NCBI GenBank assembly: GCA_051294375.1
Contig: CM119265.1
Location: 9,184,772 to 9,248,771, forward strand
DNA: 64,000 nucleotides
Source: Paraspadella gotoi
Lineage: Eukaryota > Animalia > Chaetognatha
Direction: 5' to 3'
The position numbers and the translations under genes were made by a program. The notes beneath the pieces were generated by a model. The model was not told the origin of the DNA. It searched no databases and saw nothing but the letters and a program-made list of their open reading frames with translations. This document shows, piece by piece, positions 12,461 through 56,400 of this stretch (position 1 is its first letter; the number at the start of each line of letters is the position of its first letter).

Positions 12461-12654
12461 TTATTGCCTTTCAGCCTTTGCTCTCCATCAACCTTCCACA
12501 TACAGCGGTTTTTCATTATTCTAAACTTCGACGAGGTAACTAAAAATTCACAAAAATTATACAAGACTAATTTACAAGTAATTTTCCGTTCAAACCTTTC
12601 TCCCCCCCCTCCCCCCCTCCTCCTCCCCCCTTCTCTTTCAATTCAGGCGGAGAT

Positions 12655-44067
<31,413 letters not shown>

Positions 44068-44855
44068 CTCCGTTAGAATGACGTGATCTGCTACAAACTT
44101 CTCTTCTTTTTTTTTCGAAAAGACAAAAAAAAATTAAATAAATGAAGTGAATAAACTCGGTCTTTATCGGAATTAGTCTAAATGCGAAATGTTTTAGCGG
44201 AAAATTTAATTATCGGTTAATCGATACGTTAGTTTTTCATAAAAGCCTTTTTTTAAAGGAAGGCCATGAAAGAGAGAGAATTGTTTGTTTGTTTGTTTTT
44301 TTTCGATGTTAGGGGTCTAAGTCAACTCAAGCTGTTTGAAGCATTTTCTTTGACAAGGATCAAAGTCAATCTCGCCAAACCCCCACGTTGTCCTGCCCAC
44401 AGTGCGTCCACAGTGCGACAACAGTGCCCCCACGGCCCCATTTTGTCCAGGTCAAGCTTCTTTATCCCTCTTTCATATTAACTCTCATCACCACTACGCC
44501 AGGTCCTATATTACAATTTCTCCTCTCTGCCCTTTTTTTACCATCGCCCCCTCATATGTCACCTCTTTTACTTTTCCTTATATCCTCTTGCCCTTCCCGC
44601 CAGTCCGCCCACGCCATTTCGTCAACGCCACGCCCTAGTTCCCAATTCGGCCGCGCTTTATTCTCGTCGTCGACACAAAAACAAAAACAAAAACAAAAAA
44701 GAGGAAAAGAGGCGAAAACAGAGGAACATCGCGATTCGCCTTTTCATTCCGTTGCCAACGGAATGTTGTACCCTCTCCGACGACCGATCCCCCATATTTA
44801 TTTTGGGGGGGGTTTTTAGTTGCGCCGCGAGTACTCACGGAACAACTCTATTAGT

Positions 44856-45463
44856 GGCTAAACTTTGTCAATGGGGTGGGTCAGAAGTTTGATTTGGGAA
44901 CCTTTTCCAAATGAAACTTCATACATTTCTGAGAAAAACTTTCAATGGACCAAAATTTTCTAAAATGGCTAGAAGCATTAGTAATTAATTTTTTAATATT
45001 TATTTATAGATAGGAAATGTCAAAAAATTTTTTTTAAATTTTGTATTTTTAAAAGCAGATTCAGATAGCTTATAAAAAGTTGTCTACACAAAGTATAATT
45101 CTTTTTAAATATTTTGATGATAAGTGGGTCAAAACTGGGGAAAAACCTGAAAAAATCATCATCATCATCATCCGATGATTTTAGCAGTTTTTACTAATTT
45201 TAAGTAATAAAACATCAAAATTTTAAAAAGTTGTAATTATATTTTTTGCTTAACTTTTTAAGCTCTATCAGAATCAATTAAAAAAACTTAAAATATCAAA
45301 AAAAATTTTTGACATTATATAGCAATATAATAATATTAATTAGCGAATTACTCCTGGTTCGGAACATTTTGTCAAAAAAATATTTTAATATAATAATTAA
45401 TACCAATAATGGATTCGTTTAATGCTGTTCCCATTAAAATTTGAATTTGGTCGGCTACCGCTA
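44856..45463 (+). mobile_element. AT-rich non-autonomous element, family A
   Basis: Homologous end-to-end to 19570-20056. Flanked by the direct repeat CTATTAGT (44848-44855, 45464-45471). The empty site is visible in the related HINE at ~23465-23490. Confidence 0.85.
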
Positions 45464-45553
45464 CTATTAGTCACTTTTCGGTCGGTCTGTCGGTCGGTCC
45501 GTCGGTATGTCTGTTCGTTGGTCTGCATATACACTGCATATACACTGCATATA

Positions 45554-46612
45554 CACTGCGGCGCAAAAAAAAGAAGACATTAGTAGCTTCAAATACACCA
45601 CTATTTCTTTTTTAATTTTAATAAAATATATATGAAAAGTATAGCTCTTTTAAAAAGCTATCGATTGGTGCAAGAAAAATCTTAATTGGTCAGGAAGTAG
45701 AATATAGCAAGACTTTAAAGTCAAAGTCTCAAAAAGGAATTGGGAAAAAATGATTTTTAAAGGTTAGCATTGCTGACATTTCTTTTTCTGACTGATGTTT
45801 ACAATATAGAATTAATAAAATCATAATGGAATTAAACATATAAAAGAGTTAGCAATAAATTTATATTACTTTTTTTAAATATTTTTTTAATTGCTGCTAA
45901 ATATAGCATTTTAATAATAAATATTAAAAACAATAATTTTTTTAAAAATTATCTCTAGAGATGAAACGAAAAATTCGTTGGAATACCAATTTTATTTTAA
46001 AATTATCTAAAAATTAAAACATAATTTTATGATAAAAATAAAAAAAATCATTTTAAATTAATTGTAAAAGTTTATATTAGTCTGCTTTAACACGAGATGC
46101 TATAAAGAAAAAAACTTTGATATGAAAAAGCTTTAAAATTAACTTTTGGTAAGTTATCACTCAACTGCTTTTTTTTTAAAGATTGTTTTTCCATATAGTT
46201 TCCCTACTTATTTTAATTTTATTTAGGGGGAAATGGTTATGAAGGCTTGAATGAAAGCCGAAACTTGTCTGTACAATAAAAATAAAATCGTTGCTGTATC
46301 AAGACTTTGTCTTTAATTTCAAATATCTAAAAACACAACGAAAGAAAGTTTAATCACAATATAAATATATTATAATAAGGAAAAATCAGAGACTCCTTTT
46401 GATAAAAAATAATTTATTCTCATCAGATGTTTTGTACCAATCAACTTTGATATCCTATAAATTTCTGACGCTTTAATCAATTTTAATTGCACCTGGACCA
46501 ATCGCTTTATCTTTCATTCAATAAGCTTTGTGAAATATCTCAGTAAAATTCATCCATCCAATATTGTTTTTTCGGTGTGAAAGAAGTGTCTTCTTTTTTT
46601 TGCGCCGCAGTG
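45554..46612. mobile_element. Non-autonomous Tc1/mariner-type element
   Basis: Perfect 26-bp TIR CACTGCGGCGCAAAAAAAAGAAGACA, TA on both sides, AT-rich non-coding interior. Interrupts a HINE-like element. Confidence 0.88.
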
Positions 46613-47009
46613 TAGTTGGTAGCTCAATGATCATTTGTTAAGAAGGAAAAATCCTCAAATTTAAGTGACTACTAATGCCGCCTAAAACTATAAAAATCAA
46701 AAGATGGAATTCCGATGCAGTGCGTGTCATAAATACATGGGCTAAGAAAGTTATTGTAGTCATGTAGTCATGTCACGTCATGTCATTTCATATCATATCA
46801 TGTCATGTCACAAAATACACGTGATAAGGCAGTTGCTGCGGCGCAACACATTCAAATTACCATTCTTGTTTAATTAACTTTATGCTAATTTATTTCTAAT
46901 TGTTCCGTTTCCATTTTTAAAATGAGACGAGAGAAAAAAAAATAAAAAAACAATCACCTCACATTCTCCCCACCCCCCTCCCCCCGCGAAAACCCTCACC
47001 TCTTGCGTT

Positions 47010-47762
47010 TTTCTTCTCTATCCACCGCGTCTCGCCTTGCCCTACCCTATCCCATTTTCTCACTTTATTTATCCCCATTCGATTAGAGATCAGCTTTTTC
47101 TCTATCCACCGCGTCTCGCCTCACCCTCCCCTATCCCCATTTTCTCATTTTATTTATTCCCATTCGATTAGAGATCAGCTTTTTCTCTATCTCTCGCCTT
47201 GCCCTCCCCTATACCCCATTTTTCTCACTTTATTTATCCCCATTTGATTAGAGATCAGCTTTTCTCTATCCACCGCGTCTCGCCTCACCCTCCCCTATCC
47301 CCATTTTCTCATTTTTATCTATCCCATTCGATTAGAGATCAGCTTTTTCTCTATCCACCGCGTCTCGCCTCACCCTCCCCTATTCCCCATTTTCTCACTT
47401 TATTTATCCCCATTCAATTAGAGATCAGCTTTTTTCTCTATCCACCGCGTCCTTGCCTCACCCTCCCTATCCCTATTTTCCCATTTTATTTGTCCCCTTT
47501 CGATTAGAGATTAGCTTTTTCTCTATCCACTGCGTCTCGCCTCACCCTCCCTATCCCCATTTTCCCATTTTATTTTTCCTTTTTGATTAGAGATTAGCTT
47601 TTCTCTATCCACTGCTTCTCGCCTCGCCCCCATCCCCATCTTCTCATTTTATCTATCCCCATTCGATTAGAGATCAGATTTTTCTCTATCCACCGCGTCT
47701 TGCCTCGCCCCCCTATCCTCATTTTCCAATTTTATCTGTCCCCTTTCGATTAGAGATTAGCT
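47010..47762 (+). repeat. ~83-bp pyrimidine-rich minisatellite, ~9 copies
   Basis: CTCTATCCACCGCGTCTCGCC...CGATTAGAGATCAGC recurs at ~80-86-bp spacing. Confidence 0.92.
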
Positions 47763-48329
47763 CCAACACATTGTTTTTCCTTTCCTAATGATAAAAAATC
47801 AGTGTTTTTCTCTCCTCTTAATTTTTCCCTTTTTTTTCTCATCTTTCCCCTCTCCATTCTTTTAATAAATATTAATATTTTCCTCCTTTTCTTCCCTTTT
47901 GTTTTTCGCGAGTTAATCCCCATTTTTTTTTGCTCTCCTCATTTTTTTTTCTTGTCAATTGCGATTAAATCCTGGTCTGCGCCGCGCGTGCGCAAAAGGA
48001 CTGGAAAATGGAACTGGAACGCGGTAAAGACGACGAGCGCGAAATGGAATTTGAGAAGAGAAATAGCAAATGAAGAAAAAGGAGCGAGAAAAGCTAAAAC
48101 TGAAATGGAACGGGCAATAGTGAGGGCAATAGTTTATTCGCTTAACAATTACGTTCATGGACTTAAAATGCCGTGCAATTATTCTTGTGATCAAATATAA
48201 CAGAGACAGACAATTCTACCTTGCATGCCCTTCATGCGCGGTATCGGTATCGGCAATTTTATTATTCATCATTTGTCTTATCATTAATAGTTTCATGATG
48301 GTGGTACTCCAAAAAACAACTCTATGCCA

Positions 48330-48900
48330 ATTTTAAGTCGGATCTGCTAATCAGCAGATTCCGACTCACTTTGTCGGTTCCGTCGGTCCCACCCCAAAAT
48401 CTTGTCGGGAAATTAATTTTTAGCATATCAGAACATCGAATTATAATAAATTTATGAAAAAAAAAACGATGTCCGTCCGTCCGTCTGTCTGTCTGTCGGT
48501 CTGACTGTCTGTCTGTCTTTCTGTCTTTCTGGCGTCCGTCCGTCTGTCTTGTCTTCTGTCGTCCGTCCGTCCGTCCGTCCGTCCGTCCGTCCGTCTCACC
48601 TTAGCAAAAAACCAAATTACTTCGTGATTGGATGGATGGATTGGAATGAAATTTTGTGTGTGATGAGCTGGATATGAAGTTTCGATGAACCGTCGAGGTG
48701 GAAATGAGTTTAAATTGAAAAACAAAAAAAATATATTTCACTATTTGAACACCAAATTACTCATGAGTGGATAGGGCGATTGACTTGAAATTTTGTATTT
48801 GGGTAGAAAGGTTGTGTGATTAAACTGGAAATCAAGTTTCGATGGAATCGTTTGAGTGGAAATGAGTTTTAAATGGATAAACAAAGAACCTGTTTCACTA
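48330..48900 (+). mobile_element. Second GTCC-microsatellite-bearing interspersed repeat (HINE-like family B)
   Basis: CACTTTGTCGGT.CGTCGGTCCCACCCCAAAAT, (GTCC)n and TGAGCTGGATAT.AAGTTTCGATGA are shared with 21598-21850. Contains an internal tandem duplication. Confidence 0.62.
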
Positions 48901-49748
48901 ATTGATTATGCTTCTTTTTCTTTTTTATTTTAAATGTAAATACAAGATGTATTAATTAATAATAATTAATCATTTAATTAATCAGATTAGTCAATTAATT
49001 AATCAATTACAGTTGGAATTTCTAAATATCTCTCTTCTGTGTCGATGTCTGTAATTCAATTGATGGGGAAGAAGGTCAAGAAAAAGGATTAGTCGTGATG
49101 AGTTTAATCATTTGATTTTAAATATTTTTTTATTCGCGTTTCATTTTTAATTCGAATTTATGGTTATCCTGTGATACCATGTACAATTGTACATACAAAT
49201 TGTTTTTCTTCAAGCTAATACCGACTGTATGTCGCAATTGCCTTAACTAACTTCTGTTGTGATATTTAATAGTATCCTTCGATTTGATTTTTCACCAAAA
49301 TAAAAACTTATTATCATAGTAAGAAACTGTGTTCTGGATAAATTGTATTTTCCACCTCAACACTTCGAATGAAAGAAAAGAAAAAAAGAGAGAGAGAAAA
49401 AAAGAAAGAGATTGATTTGACAACGAATTTTTTAAAAATTTGAAAAACTAAAGTTCATGACTGACGGTCAATTTTTTTCTCCTAAGTATCTCTGAGCGAC
49501 CGCGAAGACGACGACACGACGACGAACGACGAACACCTTTCCGTCCCGAAACCGCTTCCGGTTAATTTAAAATATGGGAGACATACAACCAAAAAAAGAT
49601 GGAACGAAATCCAGGCTGATCTTTTTTTTTTCGCTAGCTAAGCCGAAACACTCGATCGGACGATTGAAACTTTTGAAACTTTTCTCCTTCTTTATATAAA
49701 ACATTTTTTTTTTGTAAAAAGTTTGAAAGAAGGAAAACGACTCTCACC

Positions 49749-49891
49749 ATGAGTGATTCCGTCCAATTGACCGAGGAACAACGATCGCGAGTACAAGGAG
49801 GCCTTCATGGGCTACGACAAGGACGGAACCGGAAAGCATCAACGCCAAAGAACTCGGGACGCTCATGAGGACATTGGGACTCAGTCCCACG
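49749..49891 (+). CDS. Calmodulin-like EF-hand protein, first coding exon (two +1 frameshifts; rest lost at gap 49980-50004)
   Basis: MSDSVQLTEEQ..EYKEAFMGYDKDGTG.INAKELGTLMRTLGLSPT|gtaagg aligns to calmodulin [45 protein letters not shown]. Too diverged to be canonical calmodulin. The frameshifts could be consensus errors near the gap or real pseudogenisation. Confidence 0.85.
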
Positions 49892-50794
49892 GTAAGGCGA
49901 AGATTGGGTAAGTTTTTCAAGACCCTCGACTTGATCGTCAATAGTGCGGATTTCCGAGCTTCAGAAATGTTATCATAACNNNNNNNNNNNNNNNNNNNNN
50001 NNNNGAGAAACAGTATAAAGTATTCTTATTTCTAAAATACCCATGAAACGACAACGACGACGACGAAGATAGAAGAAAGCGACGACTTGCAACATATTTA
50101 GGATGCAGATTGACTCCATGGCGGAAAAAAAAAAAAGAGGTCTGAACTGATATGAGAATCCTTATTTTCCAGTTTTTCCTTCAACCACTCGACTTTCTTC
50201 TAACTTTCAACTCGACTGCTCGACTTTTTCTTCTCAACTTTCAACTCGGACTGCTGACTTTCTTCTCAAACTCAACTCGACCCTCTCCCGACTTATCTTC
50301 TCAAACTTGTCAACCGACTGCTCGACTTATCTTTCTCAACTTTCAACTCGACTGCTCGACTTTTCTCACTGTCGACTTTTTTACAACATAAACGACTCAT
50401 CGACTGTTTTGTTTCCCCAACTTCAACTCGATTCGCTTAAGTTATGATTCCAAATATTGCTCAACAGCCTATTTGTTTAAAAACTGTTTAATTTTCACTG
50501 CCGGCAATTAAATTATCTTCAGGTTTCACATTCCAGCGTGTTTTCTTAATTTTTACATTCATTATCTTTCACTAATTTTTTTTACAACTTTAATTGACTG
50601 CTTGGACTTTTATTCTTTATTATAAAGTAGCCATTTCTTTCCTCAAGAAATTACCAAATTTTAGAAGAAAAAAAGGAGATATAGATATAAATATTAGAAT
50701 ATAATTAAAATCCAAGTACAGTACCTTTCTTCAATTTCGATTACATTCATAATAAAGTTTAAATTCAAGTTCTTGCCAACTTTCGTCAGCGTAC

Positions 50795-53138
50795 CTGTTG
50801 GCGCTCTTGTTTCCACCCGGCGCCGTCGCCCGGGTGCGGAAAGTTCCCGGTGGGGCCGGCGGGGATTCCGGGCCGTCGAACCCAAAATCACCCTGGGAGA
50901 GGGGAGCGTTGAAAAATGAGGGATTGAGAGTCACGTGAGATTAGAATAATAGAGTGCACGCTATATTGCGTTACTGCAGTCTTTGGGAAAGATGACATTT
51001 CGTGTGTTCGTTAGTTTTGTTTCGAACAAATCGTCAAATATTAAATTATTTTTGCCGATGTACACTTAAGATCGAAAAGTACTTTGGATGCCCACGTCCC
51101 CAAAAAAGGATTAAAATCTTTGATTCAATTGAAATTGATACATCCAATTATAAAATTATCCATTCATTTGTAAATAAGCTACTTTCCCCCGATTAATTAT
51201 ATTAACAAAGAAAGTGTCATTTTGGAGTCGCCAGAGTACTTAAAGATACTTAAACGTATCTAATACTAGGGAGGGACAATACATTCTTATTTGCGAAATT
51301 AAATACTTAAAGATACTAAACGTATAATACTAGGAAGGACAATACATGCTTTATTTTGAATTTAAGCCTAAGTCTTCCGTATTCATTTCATGTTCGTCAA
51401 TTGGATTGAAGTCTTCTGAAGGATTAATGGACGAAGGAATTATTTCGCCTCCTCCACCGCCCCTTCCTTTATACTTCAATAGGGGCTGAATCGCAAATGA
51501 AAGTTTATCACGACAACGGATCTAGCGTTCGACGTTGTCAACGGTATAATTCGAGCGAAATAAAAGGGAATCGATTCTCATTTTTAGAGCCGATAGAGGA
51601 AGTTTGTCGGTGCACAAGATGGTGTTGTTTTAAAAGCAAATTGTTTTCCGACGACGGCAAGAATGAACTGCCGTCTGCATAGACCATCTGTAATTAGAAT
51701 TTAGATGATAATCACAAATTCAGTAATCGAGACATTAACATGCCAAGCGGTGTAATTAAAAATTTAAAAAAAATTATAAAAGATTAGTATTAGTAGCGGC
51801 CAATCTGCGCTTTCAGGCCTCTACAAAATCACGCAGAAAAGAAATGATGCTGTGCCAAAGAAAAGATGATGATTCATCTCGATCGCTCTGTCTCTCTCCC
51901 ATTTCACGCTCCTTCTCCAATCTCCAAAAATCTTCTTTTTTCTTCTTCATTCGAAATTTTCTTTTTTTATCTCGTCTATTACAAATTTTTTCTCTTGTTT
52001 TTTCTTGGTGTGAAAATTTATTTTCCAAAAGCCAACCTTTTCTGCTTTTCCGTTAGTTCATGTAGATGTTCGAAAATCAGTTTAAAGACCAACGGTTTGG
52101 CCTCTTACTACTTTCGTACTACTGTCTATTTATAATAGAAAAATTCAAAAATACTTGTTTCACATTTTCTATTTTTATATTTTATGAAAGGATTACTTTA
52201 TCATATTCTTAAATTATATGTATTGCTTTTCTTTAAAATTTTAGTTTTTTTTAAATTATACTTATTTAATATCTATATTTTATAAACTCATTATAGGGAA
52301 GGGGAGTGTGTTGATCTTCTAGAAAATATATTATATTTTAATTTAGGTCCCCCCTTCTTCGAAGTGATGTCACTGCTTACTTTTTTTTCTCTTTTGACTC
52401 CATTAAAATACGAACTTCATTCACGCTCAGCGTATCAAGAGACCTTTGCCCTTTTTTCACTTTATCCTTCCGCGCTTCGTCCGCCGACTTAAATTTTTTC
52501 TCGTCTCTGCTTTAATTTTCTGTTTCTTTTTAAATCTGAAAACCTCCTTGTGCTAAATATACCTTTTAAGTCTAACAGTATATAACAAATATGATGTGAA
52601 CGATTTAATTTCTTTCAAACTTATTCGAAAAATGAATTCAGATTCGGATTCCACGAAATTTCACTCGAAAGGCACTTTAAGTATTATAGATTTCGACAAT
52701 AACGACGACAAAGACGTCCAACAGAGAGGACAAGGAAATAAGACGACGAACGACGCGAACGACGACGACCGACGACGACGACCTAGCCCATTTCGCCCAT
52801 ATATATTCTGCCCTTTCTCAATTTCAGACGCCGAGTCGCAATGCGGTCGAACGTCCAATTGAACTCGAGGTGGCTCTTTCACTCAGGTCTACAATGAAGT
52901 CCGAGTTTAGTTTTCTTTATACAGTTTTCTGCTTATACAGTCTAGTAATGTAAATGTCACGTGATTGTTGTTAATTTTTCTTTTTGGAAAATTATATTAT
53001 CTTATTAATGTGAGTTCATGATATTTTTAGTGTCATGTTCTCCTGTGATTTAGATTGTTTAAGTTTTGAAACAAAAAACTATTCCTTTAGCTCTCGCTCG
53101 CTCGCTCTCTTCTCTCTCTCTCTCTCTCTTCTCTCTCT

Positions 53139-53175
<37 letters not shown>

Positions 53176-53206
53176 CTAGTTCACCCATCGCTCTCTCTCT
53201 CTCTCT

Positions 53207-53269
<63 letters not shown>

Positions 53270-53413
53270 ACTCTCTCTCTCTTCTCCACTTTTGGGAGAT
53301 TCGATGATTTCTTTTCTTCTTTGATGTCACTCGTTTTTTTAAAAACCGCGATCCTTCTTTCAGAACCAGGTTGACGTTTGATAAAACAGTTGGGAACTTG
53401 ACTCCTGCCCAGG

Positions 53414-53456
<43 letters not shown>

Positions 53457-56400
53457 TCGATCAATCAAATATTTATTCGGTTAATCATTTAATAATTTAT
53501 GCGATACATAATAAATAAATTGATGGTATGTATAAAGAAAAAGAAAAGGCGAAGAAGATGAGTAAGATTTTAATAGAATGAATAAACAAATGAATTGAAT
53601 GAATGAAAGATTAAATTTCTAGTAAGATTGTATAAAGAAAAAGCGTACAAATAAATGAACAAATGAACGAGGCGAACAAATTCTAAAAAGTTAAATCCAA
53701 AAAGAAGAAAGTAGTTAACGAAATGTAAACGTTTTCCTAAAATCAATTATCACCCATTTTATTCGCCAGGGGCCTGACCTAGGCCCATAAGATCAAGCCT
53801 CCACGCGGATTTTTTGCCGCTGGCGGCGTTCCCTCTCCCCGGGGATTCCCCCGCCCAAGTCGGGTCTACTCAACGACTCATTGCCCTCGCTGCCCTCGCC
53901 TGCCCTCGCTGCCTCGCTGCCCTTCCGCTGCCCTCGCTGCCCTCGCTGCCCTCGGCTGCCCTCGCTGCCCTCGCTTGCCCTCGCGCCCTCGCTGCCCTCG
54001 ACTTGCCCTCGTCTGCTCCGTCGCTGCCCCGATCTGAAATCAATTTCAACTCACACATCAGACTATCACAAAGCCTCTCACGTATTCCCCCCCCCCGATC
54101 GTCGATGTGAGAAGAGGTATCGGGGCGGAAACTGAGGCATTGGCAGGGCATTGGCTAGTGCTGCAGGGGAGCGAGATCTCGAAGCTCGAAATCGCACTAA
54201 CAACAGCAGCGGCTGCGGAGTCGGCGGCGACGGCCGGCGCAAGCATCGTCGGCATCAATTCAATCCATATTGGTTCAAGCTAGCCGGAGGATTAACCACT
54301 CGTGAGAAATCCGTTTTAATCTCGGTGATTAGATGGATCCTTGAGGCCCAAAAACGTTGTGAATTGAAAATTGATATAATTTATTGTATTACAAACAACA
54401 ATGGATAAACACTGGTGTGTTGAAAAAAAAAAAAAGCTTAGATTTTATGGAATAAATAATATTTAAATTTTTTTTTTTTTTTAAATTTTTTCCCCCCCCG
54501 GGGCCGATCCGTTTTGAATATATATTCAGGATTTTTCAAAACAAAAAAAATAGTTTCTTTTTTTCCCCTCGCCCCAACCGCGCCCTCCTTTTATTTTCAT
54601 TAACGAGTTTTTAACGAGAAATTTACTTCAATATCTCAATGTTAGGAAAAATAGGTTTTAATGGAGCCACAAATTTGAGCCGCCTAAAAAAATGGAGCCA
54701 CAATTGAGCCGCCTTAAAACGAGCCAGGATGACGGCGGACAAAAGGATAAGAAAAAAAATCTTCATTTGAACGAATTGAAAAAAAAAGCCGAGATGACAA
54801 CGACGACGACGACGACGTGAATTCACATCCGCTGTTGACGTTTTCTGGTTGCCAGTAGTGACCGCGTAAGGATTTCCTATGTCAATAAGATCGCCGTTAC
54901 GTTATCTTCTAACGTCTTACGTGAGTATATATTGCGCATCTGGGTCTTTGCACAGTATAAATAATATATAGCAAAAATATGACAGAAAAAGAAAGAAATA
55001 AAAAAAAAGAGAAAGAAGCCCGAGGGACAAGAAGATGAGAAAGACTGCCGATCTAATATCTTTTCGTCGTCGTCGTCGTTCTTATGATTATTGCCTCAGA
55101 ACCGAATGGAAACTCTCCTCTTTCCTCACGTCAGTGGCGCCCCTTCTTATATATTTACTCGCGCCAAAATAAAGTTCTCGTTTTGGCCGCCGAAAAGATT
55201 ATTGAAGCGGAGACTCAACCCCAGTCTCACCCCCCAGTCCAGCCCAGCTCATCACTAGCCTCAGGCCAGGCCACGGCCCTACCCCTAACAACCAGCAGCC
55301 TTTCTTATCCCTACCCTGGATATAACTGTCTGTTAGACTGTACATCCATATTTATTGCTAATAGCAATCGCATTACTTTCTCAAAAAAACAAAACAACCA
55401 AACTTCCATTTGCGTCGCTGTAGTTTTTTTTCGTTCAATACTATCTAGGAAAAAAAGTTTTAGGAAACATTTTTAATTTCAGGATTAATCTACTCGAAAA
55501 ACTTGCTCAATTTTAAAAAATCAGGATGTTTCAGATTCTACACTAAATTTCCTTTCAGTTGCTTCCTTCCACTTTTTTCGTAGATCCAACCGTATTAGAA
55601 GTTAGAGGCAAATAAGATTGCCTACTCAAGTTAAAAATGGCGGAAAAAAATCGCCTTTTAGTTTTCCACAATTCTTGCCATTGAGTTATTTGTTTTTATT
55701 TCAAATTGAGTAGTTATTTTTTTTCCTTTTTAAATTTGGTTATGCCGAATGCCCCTCTCTTTGTTCATAAAGTGCAATTGTAGCTCTGAGAAAAGAGGGA
55801 AAGACGGCAACAATTCATCAGCAATAGACTTGAAAATCCCTCGTTTCCACCATTGCAAATTTTTTACGGCGAACAACAAATCAAAAACATTTGGTGTGTC
55901 ACACGAGAGCATGCCAGACGAATGCAGGCAGTGGTCGGATGACCGAGGGAGGGCATACCACATATGGAGAATGTTTTACCCATGTTTGTATATTTTTATT
56001 GAATAAATGAACTTTTTTAAAAAAAAATGTTCTAACTTTTTTCCTAGATAGTATCGTTGTGGTCGGTTGGTCCGTTTAATTGTCGTTCACCTTTTCGTCA
56101 TTGGTCGTTGTTGCATTGTCCTTCGTGTGTAGTCTCATTTCGTTTGTCTCTTCAATTAATCACTCTTTTGTCATAGTGGCACTGGCTACTGGCCACTTGG
56201 CCATCGTCCTCTTTCGTCAAAATGTGATCGTGCTTTCCTCATTGTCCTCTTCAACAATCACTCGGTCTATTTCTATGGCCCAAGGAGTCGTCATTGTCGA
56301 TGATTCTCATCGTCGTCCACATCGTCGTCAGAATAATCGTAGTTTCGTCATCGATGGTCGTCGTTTCTATTACCGTCTTCACTCGTCGTCGGTTCGTCGT

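Larger units (their letters stand above)
44815..46870 (+). mobile_element. HINE/DINE-like element split by two younger insertions
   Basis: Pieces 44815-44855, 45464-45553 and 46613-46870 join into a copy collinear with 23436-23808. Confidence 0.78.

Noticed and set aside
47010-47762. Regularly spaced repeats as a CRISPR-like array or coding repeat
   Set aside because: The whole ~83-bp unit repeats, so it is a minisatellite. No consistent ORF.
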